Of a DNA stretch of 64,000 nucleotides, positions 11,921 through 24,750 are shown in pieces. The stretch spans positions 35,365,483 through 35,429,482 of the forward strand of contig JARDVH010000110.1 in NCBI GenBank assembly GCA_030324005.1. Reading direction: 5' to 3'. Source of the stretch: Negaprion brevirostris (Eukaryota). The notes under the pieces were generated by a model that was not told where the DNA came from, searched no databases, and saw nothing but the letters and a program-made list of their open reading frames with translations. Each line of letters opens with the position of its first letter. Positions within the stretch are counted from its first letter, which is position 1. The position numbers were made by a program, and so were the translations under genes.

Positions 11921-13479
11921 ATCGTTATGCTCCCACTTGTCAATTTGAAAGCCCAGGCTTGCACTTGCACATTCAAGGCACTCCTCAGGACAACTTCCAC
12001 ACCCCTTCTTCAGGTACCATTCCCTAAGATAACATTGGTGACTATAACCTGCCATTGAACTGTCCATGAGTATGCTTGGCAAAATCCTGCAGTGGTTTGC
12101 AATTGTTTGCTGCAATGGCAAACTACTCATCAGCCAAGAGGAAACTCCTTTCCCTCTTCCCTCTTTTTACCAGTTGCCATCAAGTGTATTTTAAGTATTT
12201 ATAGACTGATAATCGGCCTATTTAATGATATTATCGATGCACTTTTCACAGTTAGCAAAAGTGAAATTTAAACCTCTAACTTCTGGTCCAGAGGAATGAG
12301 TGCTATCACTGCACTATAAGTCTTGGCTCGCTAATTGATTAAAAATGTAAAAGCCCCAACACTACTGATGAGCATTCTTCAAGGTGATCCACAGGTAGTG
12401 CACCTATTTACAAAGAGTATAATATGGAGGGTTTCCACTAGGCTGTGCTGGTTTATTCAGTGCAGTCTGTTGTAATTAGCTGAGGGAATTTCTGGCCTGG
12501 GGGTGGGTGTAACTGGAAAATGCCACCCGTAGAGTTAATGTTTCACACTGGTAACTTTTCGTCAGAGCAGGGAAGTTCCGAAATCTGCAAGTTATTCATC
12601 TGCAATACCTGCACCCACCACCCCCACCCCCAAACTCCCCCAGTGAGTACCTCTTGGCTGATGAATGAAAAACAAAAGGTAGTAAAATAGTGCTGCCATA
12701 CCTAGATAAGACTGCACTTTCGACCTCTGACTAGCAGCATGCTGCCTTAAACAACTGTTCTGTGTATCTCTTATGAGAAAGCTAGCAATTGGTAGAAGAA
12801 TTTATGAAAATTGGGATATATTGACAAAAAGAAATGGTTTGTACTCATGAACCAACTGTGGATTGCCTTATTGTGTTGCCATGACTCTACACATTTTTTA
12901 ACAAAGGAAAGCTTTAGTTTCAAGAAGCATACATTCAAGGATGGCTTGGGGTGAAAGGCAATTTGAGCGGGGGGTTGCCCAGAAAATTAGCAGCTCCACT
13001 AACCAATTCCTGGATAGGGACTAGGTTAAGTGATACATTCAACTTCCTGTCCATTGTGATGTTCCCAGAGGAGCACATAGATAGGATGCAAGTCCGTTGG
13101 GAAGAGCGGCAGTCAGAAAGCAGGTTGAGGTTTATGCTAGAAATTAAGATTAAAGTAAATCGGAATCCAACTAGTGACTGATTAGAAAGGAAAACACAAT
13201 GATGGGACAAGGGACATTCAGCCAACCTGTTCCCACGAGATGGATTGACATTCAAAATATTTTAATGAAGATGGCAGCTTCTAATTTAATCTGCTTAACA
13301 CGTTTTACAGGAATTGGCTGGATTTCCCAGGCCTTGGGGAAACCTGGCAACGGAAAGGAGGCAAAGTCTGCTTTCAGAAGATGGAAAATGTTTTTACAGT
13401 ACTGTGCAGGAGTGCTTCCCATGGATCCCTGCAATGCTCCCCCAAACTCCTCGTTGTGGAATCTTGCCTCTGACCTTCG

Positions 13480-14142
13480 TCCCTTTATCATCACTGAATC
13501 TTCCAACATCAACACCCTGGGGATTATCATTGACCAGAAATTTCACTTGATCAGCTGCATACACAGTATGTAGCTACAAGAGTAGGTAAAAAGGTTGGGA
13601 TTTTATGGTGAGCAACTCACCTGTTCACTCCCCAAATCCTTTCTGCAATCTCCAAGCACACGTCGGCCTGTGATAGAATACTCTCTACTTGCCTGATAAT
13701 TCCAATAATATTCGAGTCTTAACACCATCCTTCATGCTTGATTGCAGCTTCATTCACCACCTTAAAATTTTACCTCTTCTATGATCAGAGCACAATGGCA
13801 GCAGTATGNNNNNNNNNNNNNNNNNNNNNNNNNNNNNAAGATGCACTGCAGCAACTCACCAAGGCTCCTTCAATATCACCTTCCAGATCTATGGAAGTAC
13901 AAGGGCAGCAGACACATAGGAATAACTCTACCTGCCTATTCTTTTCCAAGTCACGCACCATCCTGACTGAAAGCAATTATATCGCCATCCTGTCACTGTC
14001 GCTGGAACTTCTTCCCAACAGCCAGCTCTGTGAGTTTAACTATACCAGATAGATTGCAGCAGTTCAAGAAGATCCTCAAGGACAATTAGTCCTTGAGAAA
14101 TGCTAGCTCTGTCAGTGATGTCCTCAGCCGTGGAATGAATAA
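13480..14142 (+). mobile_element. CR1/L2-group LINE 3' fragment, a family distinct from the main CR1s
   Basis: IITESSNINTLGIIIDQKF..ISCIH, then TRVGKRLG and HLFTPQ (RT thumb region); 3' tail ...gctagctctgtcagtgatgtcctcagccgtggaatgaataa. Confidence 0.75.
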
Positions 14143-14882
14143 TTAATATACATAAATTCCTCTAATACAAAGTGTCCTCAAATTGGGAATCTGGCCCCTC
14201 TGCAGTTATAATCCCTACCCTGCTGGGTTATGGATCAGATATCGCTGCCCCCTGCCATACCCTTTGCAGGATTAGACTCCCTGCACCTCTGGGTTGGAGG
14301 TTGTACCCCTGCACTGTGATCCGGTGGTAGAACTCCCATCCAGATCATTGTTCTGACCATTGTGTTCTGTTAGCCTGCTCCGGAGCCCTCTCTCCCAGGT
14401 AACCTGACTTCCAGACAACGACCTGTCAAGAACAACAACATGGGGAAACAGAGACTTCCAGACATTTGGTTAAAATTCTAATTCTTCTCTGATCTCTTCA
14501 CCCCCCACCCCAATCCCTTCACACCCCAAACCTACAGAACCTGCCTTGTTAATATCTTAGATCCACCAACAGGAAACAACAATTACTATAACATAAGTCA
14601 ATATCGAAACTAGACCAGAAAGTTCTGTTATATAGAAATATATATTTCAGCAGCTTTTGCACTGTTAAAACTTTGAGAATATTGATGGAATTTTAATCCC
14701 ATCAAATGTGCAAAAAGTCCATCATGAATAGTTAAAATATCCCACATGTCATGTCACCTACTAATCCTCATCCTGATATTATAATTTCTCTTGCCCAATG
14801 GTGATGTGACCCTTCTTTAAGTTAGATTTGAACTTTTATAACTTCATTGGGATCCAACTGCAAAATGAATTCCAGTTTGCAT

Positions 14883-15176
14883 GGGCAGCATGATGGCACA
14901 ATGATTAGCACTGCTGCCTCCCAGTGCCAGGGACCCAGGTTAAATTCTGGCCTTGGGTGACTGTGTGAGCTCCACACACATTCTCTCCGTGTCTCTGTGG
15001 TTTTCCTCTCACAGTCCAAAGATGTGTAGGTTAGGTGGATTGGCATGCTAAATTCCCACTTAGTGTCAGGAGAATTAGTGGCGTTACAGGCCTGGGGGTG
15101 GGATTGTTGTCGGTGCAGGTTGAATGGGCTGAATGGCCTCTTTCTGCACTGTAGGGATTCGACCATTCTATGATTA
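14883..15176 (+). mobile_element. V-SINE (HE1-like), near full length
   Basis: tRNA head gggcagcatgatggcacaatgattagcactgctgcctc with a B-box-like ggttaaattc, V core ccaaagatgtgtaggttaggtggattggc, and tail gggattc...ttctatgatt. Confidence 0.92.
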
Positions 15177-15989
15177 TATGAGGAAACGCTTGTGGTTTTC
15201 TCACCAGACCAAAGCAGTCAGCAAGAAGGGTCCTATCAGAAGAGTGCAAGGATGTTTAAGGTTTTTCCTGTGANNNNNNNNNNNNNNNNNNNNNNNNNNN
15301 NNNNNNNNNNNNNNNNNNNNNNNNNNNNNNNNNNNNNNNNNNNNNNNNNTGGATCACCTCAGTTAAATCATCTTAGACACTTCTGTTGGATCATCAGAAG
15401 TAACGTCCTACTTCCTGAAGTCTAGCTACTGCCTGTCAGTCTGGTAACTTCTGTCTTAGGCAGGGGCCAATGCCTGATTTGATCTCTCTGAACTTCCTCT
15501 AGCATTAATATGCAAACCTGCCATGTGTGCCACAATCTGGCCTCCCCTCCCCCCAACTACCCACCATTCAAAGCATTGATATTCACCCTCATTAAAATCA
15601 ACCCCTATATTTTAAGTTGTCTTAAAATCGAATCTGTCTGAAGCCATCAGAAACAGTTAAGAAAGGATAATGGATTCTATACATGATCATCAGCAAACGA
15701 CCATGTAAGCTTAATATTCTGTGACCTTGTCAAATGCAGTTATCATTGAAGTTTAGTGTAGCAAATGCAATTTTCCAATAAATTCCCCGCTCTGAGGGAG
15801 TTAGTTATACATTCAATAGCTATAAATCAATGATCCTATTCATTTATCTATTTGCTTTTTAATAAACCTTCTTCGCAATTTATAGCTATGCCATAGCCTA
15901 GTAATGTTTAATTTGTAGCCATCTGAAGTCAAAGAAGATCAGGTGAGGGCGCAGGATATAACCATTAAACCAAAGTAGAGTGACATGGA

Positions 15990-16186
15990 CTTTCTGTATG
16001 ACACCCAGAATCCTTCAATTTAATTAGATATTGGCCATATACGTTCCTTTTCACCTTCTCTTTGCCTATGTCCTGTGTCTGCATCACTGTACTGTGTGCA
16101 GTTTGCTCACCAACCTCATAGCCCTCGTTCTTGTCGAGACTGGAAGCAAGAACCTCAAACCTGTTATGCAGATTGAGAGGCTGAGG
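15990..16186 (-). mobile_element. CR1 ORF1 remnant
   Basis: PQPLNLHNRFEVLA...EQTAHSTVMQ...KRNV matches the 'L.NRF..L' segment that precedes the CR1 ORF1 esterase domain. Confidence 0.7.
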
Positions 16187-16390
16187 CATCCGGTCCCCAC
16201 CCTCCTTCCTCCGNNNNNNNNNNNNNNNNNNNNNNNNNNNNNNNNNNNNNNNNNNNNNNNNNNNNNNNNNNNNNNNNNNNNNNNNNNNNNNNNNNNNNNN
16301 NNNNNNNNNNNNNTATTGAATGGCGGGGCAGGCTCGAGGGGCTAGATGGCCTACTCCTGCTCCTATTCCTTATGTTCTTATGTTCTTATA
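16186..16390 (+). mobile_element. Young CR1 copy with its body in the gap; 3' tail visible
   Basis: tattgaatggcggggcaggctcgaggggctagatggcctactcctgctcc followed by a (tatgttct) tandem tail. Confidence 0.85.
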
Positions 16391-16630
16391 CCACAGCCTG
16401 CAGTAAATAAGAGCTCATCGTAGGAATGCTTTGAGATGTGGATCCTCAAGAAAAATATTTAGAATAAAACCTGTCAAAGTATAACAAAGGTATCTTTGAT
16501 TGGTTTCAATATCACAAATGCCAGATCTCAACAATGTGTGGCAGAATTTGCAGTATGAGTTACCATTGATGTGGAGGAGGTCCATGGAAATGTGGTCTGA
16601 TTTCTCTTGTTGATGCTGCCTTCACCACCA

Positions 16631-17882
16631 GGGGGAGTTTTCCATTTTTCAGACATAGTGCGATTCTGGAGGCGCCTTTCCATTAGCCAGAATGATATAG
16701 TCCCACATGAGTTTCTGTGAGGGGAAGCTCATTAATTATGCACAGGCAGGTTTTCCTTCACACCTGGTGGGCTGACAGCTGAGTGGCAGCTGATTCTGAT
16801 TCATTGGGCACTATCAGCTGGTGAGTTCAAAGGTCTGAATGTCATATGCAAATGATAGTCCAGCACATTTGTATGAATCGTTTCAGCCCACCTGTCTTCA
16901 CCAGACTGTGCGGGATGTCCAGGACCCAGGGGCAAAAGGCTAGCAGCTTCAAGAAAACTATTCCTCAATTCAACTACTCTCCCCCTATGTCCATCACTGC
17001 AAGGCGCTGATACCCCACTTCAACTTCTACCCCATCTGGAGTCTTCATGCAGTCCCTTCCATTAAACAATGTGACATTGCTTTGACCCCCTTGCTTGTGA
17101 ATATTTCATGGAACCTTATCAGTATCCAGCATCTCTTCCCTCAGTCTTCACTTTGCTTTCCATTAAAAATCATCCTCGTCTCTCTCTCCATGCACCTCTG
17201 TCTGCCATTGGGCCCACTTGCCCTTCTNNNNNNNNNNNNNNNNNNNNNNNNNNNNNNNNNNNNNNNNNNNNNNNNNNNNNNNNNNNNNNNNNNNNNNNNN
17301 NNNNNNNNNNNNNNNNNNNNNNNNNNNGTCTGCCTTTGGGCCCACTTGCCATTTTACCCCCCCCCCCCACACTTACACAGCCCTCGTTCCACCTTGTCCC
17401 CCTAGTCTTCATCACCCCTCCGCACCTCACAACCCCCCTCTCCAGTTGAGTTTTGGACCATTGGAGTGGAAGTGCTGTCCTTAATGACCAGGTTGACATG
17501 TAACTTGAGGTCTGCTCCAGCAGAGTGGCACTGAATGCAAACAGGGCCTAAGGTGCACCCACCTCAAAGTTTTAAGTGAACTGATGTCTGCCTAGTTCAA
17601 GTCACTCTTTTTCAAAGGGATTTGAAACTGACGCGATTTCCTGCTGGTTTGACGCAAGATTTGAGGGCCTGATGAGGCTTTGGCAATCAGCTGTCTTGAT
17701 GAGCATTTATGAGATGCAATTGAATGGAAGTGGTGTTCCAGAGTGGGAGAACTGACTCGCCATTAGGAGAATTACAAACTGTTTTTACCGTCACTAGGTT
17801 TCTAATTTTTCGGCACTTGCCGGATTCTCCACACCCACCCACCACCAAACCCCACCGCAGATGGGATGGGAGAATTCTGCCC
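16631..17882. mobile_element. Composite non-autonomous Harbinger-like element
   Basis: Inverted termini gggggagttttcc... and ...gggagaattctgccc; non-coding interior. Confidence 0.45.
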
Positions 17883-18261
17883 ATTATGTTTAATATTCTT
17901 GCTTGCATTCCTCGCTAATAATCTGCAGCCTGAATTAGTTATCTTTTTTAGTTTTCATCTGCCATCCGGGAATATCTTGTTAGTTAAGTTGAAAATGCTT
18001 GGTTTGACTGTGACTATAAGAGAAGTATTGAAAAGCATTGACCACAGGATGAGATGAGTTCTGGACGCACCTTTCTATAGACCCGATCACATGAGGTGCA
18101 GCATGATAATGTTGGGCAAAAGGCTTGAATCTCCTTTGTTTATCTGTGTTATGGTGCTGAAAGCAGCACTGCTTACTTTGGAGATGGACTCAGTTTAAGG
18201 TGAGTGTACCAAGCGGGTAGATCTAAGCGTGACAAACAGTTGCATGACAGTACAGGACTTG

Positions 18262-19106
18262 AATATTGCTAAAAAGAGAGAGATGTTGCTGAGGTTTTCT
18301 ATCTTTCGTGCATCAGGACAAATGCAAGAATGTCAAATTTCCAAGGATCACAAGGTGTGACAAGGAGAAAGGTGTGGATTAGTTGAGAAGTCAACTCTAA
18401 CCGACAAAGCTCTGCCACTGAGAAAGCAAGAGGGAATTATAGGCTCCTCTAGCTCCTGGATAATTCAAAGCAAGAATAAGGTTTGAACAAATTCCTTTTG
18501 TTTACAGAGAATAGGCACTGGTTTGCGAATATATGCCTCTTCTAACAAGCACAAATGGAATGTGACACTAATTCGACTGATTATCTGATGCAATGTCAGG
18601 TAGATAACCCAATGATTGGCTGATCAAATCAAACTGTGTGTTTCTTTTGGCTGTTCATAATGGCCAAACTACAGAATGCATTCAACTAGCCTGCACTTAC
18701 AAAAGGAAACATTTGCTGTTCGCTGTGATTGGGCAGCACTTGCTGGACAATTCTGAATGTGTTATTAGCTACACTAACAATCAATTTAAGGTAATTGGTT
18801 GAGCTGATAATGTGTTTCGTTTACACTTCTAGAAGCAACATGCATTTATATGCAGGGACCTGTTCTCTAAAAACAAAAGGAATATGTTCAAGCCTTGCAC
18901 CTTTATGAATTATGTGGGAGATTAGTAAGCCTATAATTTTGCATTGCATCCTTTATGGCAGTGCATCAGCCAATTCATGTCAACTTGCCAATCAACTAGC
19001 AGCCTTATCTCCTGTATTATAAGTCACTGTGATAGTTTGAAAGTTGGCATTCTTGCATTTGCCCTGTTGAGAACTTTCAGTAACATCTCTCTCTTTGCGG
19101 CAATAT
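18262..19106 (+). mobile_element. Penelope-like element: GIY-YIG C-terminus and pLTR, preceded by an inverted pLTR
   Basis: From ~18727 reads IGQHLLDNSECVISYTNNQFKVIG*ADNV...LEATCIYMQGPVL*KQKEYVQALHL. 18262-~18530 is a degenerate reverse complement of ~18850-19106 (atattgc...gcaatat ends). Confidence 0.8.
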
Positions 19107-20615
19107 GACAATGGATGTGACAGGTAATACAACAGGCAAGCTTTATACTAAATGGAAGAGCATGCTATGTGCAAGAACTTTTAGCATTTATCTACTGTGT
19201 CTATATATGCTGACATGGATTAGTTGGGCTGAATGGCTTCCTTCTGTGCTGTAATGACATTCTGTATAATTTATATAGTAGTTTAATTTTTTAAATGTAT
19301 TACTTGAGCTTTTGAGTTGCTTGACTGCACTGAATGTCAGTGTTTTTTTTCTATGTTTTCTGTATTTCTGTTCTCCAATGCATGAGGACTGAAATTAGCT
19401 GATGATGCATCTGACACTAATAGAGATGAGTGTCATTGGATTGAAAGTATCTATGACAGGTTCTGTAGCATTATTTTATGGGAGATGAATTCAGGTTAAT
19501 GAAAGTGGCCAGACTCATAATACTCAGAATAGGGAGAACCCTTGAAATTTGGCAATTTGTGAGGCAAACAAATAAATTGCAGTCAACTTGGCCACTCAGC
19601 TGTGACTAGAATTTCTACATTTATGCAATAAATTCTGAATAATTTTTTTTTCCTCCACTTTTTTGCACTGAGATTTTGATTTAGTCAACACAGCTGTGCC
19701 ACTGTGGTACTCTTTAGACAAGTATTTCATCACTTGTCCCATCTTCTCTTCCTCTGACAAACCGACTTTTTTATTAAAACGCTGTGAAGGATCTATTTTA
19801 CTGGCATTATGAGTTCAAGTTGTTGTATTTAGGTACTGCAACATTTTTCTTTCAATTGCAAATGATGAGTAATAATTCTGACTTTTAATTTGAGGAGTGA
19901 ATCACCTCCCAATATTGCGCAAGTCCGTGGTGACCACAATATAATGGATACAACTTTGCCACTGCACGATGTTTACAAAAGATTATTTTGATTTTAGTTG
20001 CCTGTCCTTAAGAACAGTTCATCCCAAATATTCTCTCCTTCACCCTGAAGAATTGAACTAGAATAGTTTTTAAGTTTTGCTTGATCATAAACCAAAAGGT
20101 GATAGTTGTTTTTTCTCTCTTGGCGTACACTATTGGCACTGCAGGAAATGATTTCCTGAAACTAACCTCACCTCGACTGAGCTGGTTGCCGCTGCACAGA
20201 GTGGGAAGCCACTTCCCAGACTGTAAAATAATGGTGCCAAAGCAAAGTGATCCTCACCAAGACCTTATTTGGACAAATTGTTTGCAATCCTCCATGGAAC
20301 AAACAGCTAACCGATTCCCAGTCCGCTCCTGGGAAAGCTCCCAGAGGAGCAATTGCATTTTAACTGTTGTGGCACCCCAATTTTGATGGCATCCCCATCT
20401 CCATGGTCTGGGTAAACCTCAGCATTTGAATGTCACTCGGGTATACTACGATGGACTCTTATCCTACTTTCAACTGATGTCCTGACTAACAATCAGCAAT
20501 TGAAACTCGAATCACTCTTGCTGTCTAAAATCAACTACCATATCTTCACCAATGCAGGAACTGAGATTAATTAACTCAGCATGAATTGGTAATGAATCCT
20601 GGGATCCTTGCCCTT

Positions 20616-21386
20616 TTGATTTTTGATTTGATTTATTATTGTCACTTATTAGTATACAGTGAAAAGTATTGTTTCTTGTACGCTCTACAGACAAAGCATA
20701 CCATACATAGAGAAGGAAAGGAGAGAATACAGAATGAAGTATAACAGTAATAGTGAGGTTGTAGAGGAAGATCAACTTAATGCAAGGTAGGTCCATTCAA
20801 AAATCTGAGGCCGCAGGAAAGAAGCTATTCTTGAGTTGGTTGGTATGTGTCCTCAAACTTTTTCCTGACAGAAGAAGGTGGAAGAGAGAATGTCCATGGT
20901 GCATGGGCTCCTTAATTATGCTGTCTGCCTTTCTGAGACAGCAGGAAGTATAGACAGTGTCATTGGGTGGAAGGCTGGTTTGAGTGATGGACTGGCCTTT
21001 ATTCATGACCCTTTGTAGTTTCTTGCAGTCTAGTATAGAGCAGGAGTTATACCAAGCTGTGATACAACCTGAAAAAATGCTTTCTATGATACGTGTAAAA
21101 GTTGATGAGTCGTAGCTGACATGTCAAATTTAACTTAGGCTTCTGAGAAAATAGAGGCATTGGTGGGCTTTCTCAACTATAGTGTTGGCATGGAGGGACC
21201 AGGGCAGATTGTGATCTGGACACCTTAAAAACTTGAAGTGCTCAGCCATTTCTACTTCATCCCCATTGATGCAGACAGGGGCATGTCTTCCGCTGTGCTT
21301 CCTGAAGTCGATGACAATCTCCTTCATTTTGTTAACATTGCGGGACAGATTATTGTCATTGCACCAGTTCACCAGATTCTCTATCA
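20616..21386 (-). mobile_element. Rex1/Babar LINE 3' fragment
   Basis: IENLVNWCNDNNLSRNVNKMKEIVIDFRK...HFKFL...KAHQCLYFLRSL and RKADSIIKEPMHHGHSLFHLL...TNQLKNSFFPAA; (aaatc)-type tail. Confidence 0.92.
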
Positions 21387-21825
21387 ATAATTTGCTCGAC
21401 TATTTATTTAGTCTTTGAGTGAGCCTGATGGGTTGTTATTTAATATATTCTAATTGATGTGAGAAGAAATTTGACTTTAAATTACTTGGATGTTTCTGAA
21501 TCATAATAGCAGTGTCCAAGAAGATAAAATTAGCACTATTTTATTTATAAGTTTTTCTTTGAGCTTTTTCATTCAATTAAAATGGCTGAAAAAGTAATAT
21601 ATTTATTCATTTGCTAGGGAATCTGTCTCTTTGATGTTTTGTTATTTCATGGGATGTGAGCATTGCTGACAAGGCCAGCAATCTGTTGTCCACTCTTAAT
21701 TGGAATTGAGAAGTATGGCTCATCAGCAACACCCACAGCCCATGAAATAATTTGTTATAATCAACTGTAATCTAATTCACATTTTTTTTCTCCGCACTGT
21801 GGTGATTGGGTGAGATGTCGACACC

Positions 21826-22813
21826 TGGGTGTGATTTTCCCTTCTGAAATGAGAATCCAAGGTCGGGACCATATTTGGGTCCCAAACCCACCCCCAGGGA
21901 GGAAAAGCCACGGACACAATTTTGATGTGGTAGCCCTATAATTGGCATTGAAAGGGGCTCACCATCCAGTTGAGGGTGGTGGGTGGCATCTTCAAGCTGA
22001 AGGGCAAATCAGAGGATTTCCAGACCAGAGGGAGTGTAGGCTACAATGGAGGGTAAGTAAAGGAGAAGGTACTTCAAGATGGAGGTATCCACTCTCCAAC
22101 ATCTGTAAATTTGAGATTAAAAAATGGATCTTTTGGCCAGTTCAAGATGGGATGAGGGAGTGGGGGGTTGATAGGCAGGTAGTGAGAACTTCTTAGTCTA
22201 GCTGAACACTTCAGGAAGGATGCCATCAGGCACCTTTTTATTTTTATTCATTTGTGGGACATGTGTGTCGCTAGCTGGCAAGCATTTATTGCCCATTCCT
22301 TTTTGGCCTTGGAGGACAGTTGAGAGTCAACCACATTGCTGTGGCTCTGGAGTCACGTGCAGGTCAGACCAGGTAGAGATGGAAGATTTCCTTCCCTAAA
22401 GGACATTAGTGAATGAGATGGGTTTTTTGACAATTGACAATAGTTTTATGGTCATCACTGGGTTTGTAATTCCATATTTCTTTTTTTATTGAATTCAAAT
22501 TCCACCATTTGACATGGCGGGATTCAAACATGGGTCCCAGAACATTAGCCTAGTTTCTGGATTAATAGTCTAGCAATAATACTACTTGGCTGCCACGTCC
22601 CCTAAACTAGTCCCTGCAGTTGCAGTCTGACTGGCCTCTATTAAAGTAGCCTCACTAGGGTCTTAATGAGTGGTTTTGGCTACCTGCCCCTTTGATCTGT
22701 CTCTAAAAATAGAGGCAGAATGGAGCAGAAAAACTGACACATTGGCCAGTGGGGACTTTTTTTGCTCTTTATTCACTTTGATTTCTGGGCTCAGGGAGGT
22801 TCAAAATACTGCT
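21826..22813. mobile_element. Non-autonomous Harbinger-like element hosting a SINE
   Basis: Start gggtgtgattttcc..., end ...ttcaaaatactgc; non-coding. Confidence 0.45.
22235..22603 (-). mobile_element. tRNA-derived SINE, full length
   Basis: Minus strand shows head ggggacgtggcagccaagtagtattattgctagactattaatccaga...gtttgaatcc (A/B-box-like), core gtcctttagggaaggaaatc, and tail cccacaaatgaataaaaataaaa. Confidence 0.85.
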
Positions 22814-23027
22814 TCTTGTCATGTGCCTTGTCCTGAGCGGTGACTATCGAGGCAAGTTACGAAGAAGCGAGCACTGAACTGTAATCAGTATCAAGCAAAC
22901 AATAACAGTGCTTCATTTTTTTGACATAGTTATGTTAGCTTACCTTGATTTCCAATTTTATTTTGTTTATATGGAGTACAATTTCCCATGGTAGAGAATC
23001 AGTTAATTGGTTAATGGGCAGAGTGAA

Positions 23028-23154
23028 GGGCTGAAATTTTATTGGCACGCCCGCCCAAGGCTCATAGGATTGCACCCGAGGCTAACAGAGAATGCTGTTC
23101 TGTGAGCCTTGCCCGCCCCAAAACTTGGGCGGGTGTACCAGTAAAATCAGGGCC
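23028..23154. mobile_element. MITE (~127 bp) with ~31-bp imperfect TIRs
   Basis: gggctgaaattttattggcacgcccgcccaag ... cttgggcgggtgtaccagtaaaatcagggcc. Confidence 0.75.
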
Positions 23155-24489
23155 AGGCTGTTTGATTTGGAAGTAGAGAGAAATATAGAAAAAGTAAAGA
23201 GACCATTTGAAGAAATTATCAATATAGTGGGAAACATAAATGGAACATTTTTTTGTGGAAAATATAGTTGATGAAGTACTGTGAAAATGGGAAAAAAACT
23301 GCACAAAGAATTGCAGTGATATGTGGCTGGATACAATGGTTTAGAGAATGAAAATGGGATTGGCTGAGCGATTTCTTGGAGTTGTTAAATATGGACTGAG
23401 AAAAAGCTAATTGGAAGGTAAAGAAATAGAAACTGGAACTTAAAAAAAAGGCAAATTAAAGATGGAATTAAACAAAGCAACAGGCATAACAATTGAAATA
23501 AAATCAAAGGGAGAGGCAGGAAAAAGAGCTGCTGATGCTAGTGAGACCAGACAGTAGCATTTTCCTGTGTGTCTCTTTCATATCCTCATTGACTTCTGGC
23601 TCACTTCTTATCTCACCTTGCATGCCATTACTGTCAGTTCAAGTCTCATCTGGAATGCATGCTGTGCTGTCTGCCTTTGATGCATACTACTTCTTCCTAA
23701 TTATCTGGTTGTATCACCCCTACCCAAAACCAGAATTGAGTACAAAGGTTAAAATATTGATTCAAAATGGTACGTCTGCATGAAAAATGTTCGACCTTCC
23801 AGCTGATATTTTAATATTGAATAATTTTCCTGGCATTTCAAATACCTTTCTGAACGATATTCTTTTGGATTTATAATTACCACAAGAAATCAGCTATTTC
23901 ACTTGTCAAAAACAAATTAATATACGGAACCAGCTTTTAATATTAAGACTGTTGTTAGTGTTTTAATATGAGGAAATTATTGCAATATTTATGTGAATAT
24001 CAAAATCACCCTGCAAAGGAAAATCTGGATGCGTATAATTGGATACGCAGCATTTGGATGAGAAATATTTTATTAATGCATTGTTTTACTTCAGAAAGGA
24101 AAATGTCAGCATTATTTAATCATGTAAAACACGCAACCATCAAGACCATATTTAATAAACAGAGAGAAAAGCTTATTGTGTTCTTTTTATCAAGGACACT
24201 GTAATTAGAGAATCAATTTCTAATGTGGCTGAAGTCAATAAACAAAGAAGCTGTACAGGCAAAGCACCATCTAACAAATCTTGACTTAGCATCAATTCCA
24301 GAACAGATCTGCATACAAAGAATTGAGACTGTCTAAAAACACGGAATGCTTTTAATATTCAAAATAGATAGCAAGCAAAGATTTCATTGAGGTGGCTGTT
24401 TTAACAGAGGAGATGAAATTATGATTTTAAACAATGTGTTCTGACTGGATGCCTTAAGTGTAATTGGCAATCTGGGCACAAATTGACCA

Positions 24490-24750
24490 TCACATAAGAA
24501 GTAAAAACTGGAGAAGGCCATTCGGCCTGTCAAACCTGATCTGCCATTCAATAAGACCATGGCGCTCTGATCATGAAATTGACTCCACTTTCCTGCCTGC
24601 CTGCCCCTCTCTTACCCTAGTCCCTTGGAGATTAAATACTTGTCTAACTCAGCCTTGAATATATTTAGTGACCTAAGTTGCAATCCCCTTGGGTAGAGCA
24701 TTTAAAAGATTAATGACCCATTCAGAGAAGAAATTCTTCCTCATCTCCGC
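24490..24750 (-). mobile_element. CR1 3' end
   Basis: cataagaagt...aggccattcggcc...ccattcaataagaccatgg...gagaagaaattcttcctcatctc. Confidence 0.8.

Noticed and set aside
14883-14960. tRNA-like A/B boxes here and at 22540-22603, 39543, 49918 and 53950
   Set aside because: These are SINE heads followed by SINE cores and tails, not tRNA genes.
18142-18205. YGAESSTAYFGDGLSLR followed by GTGAGT, resembling a TCR/Ig J segment (FGxG)
   Set aside because: It lacks the T-x-L-x-V continuation, the donor is too early and in the wrong phase, there is no credible RSS nonamer, and no other V/D/J/C segments are present.
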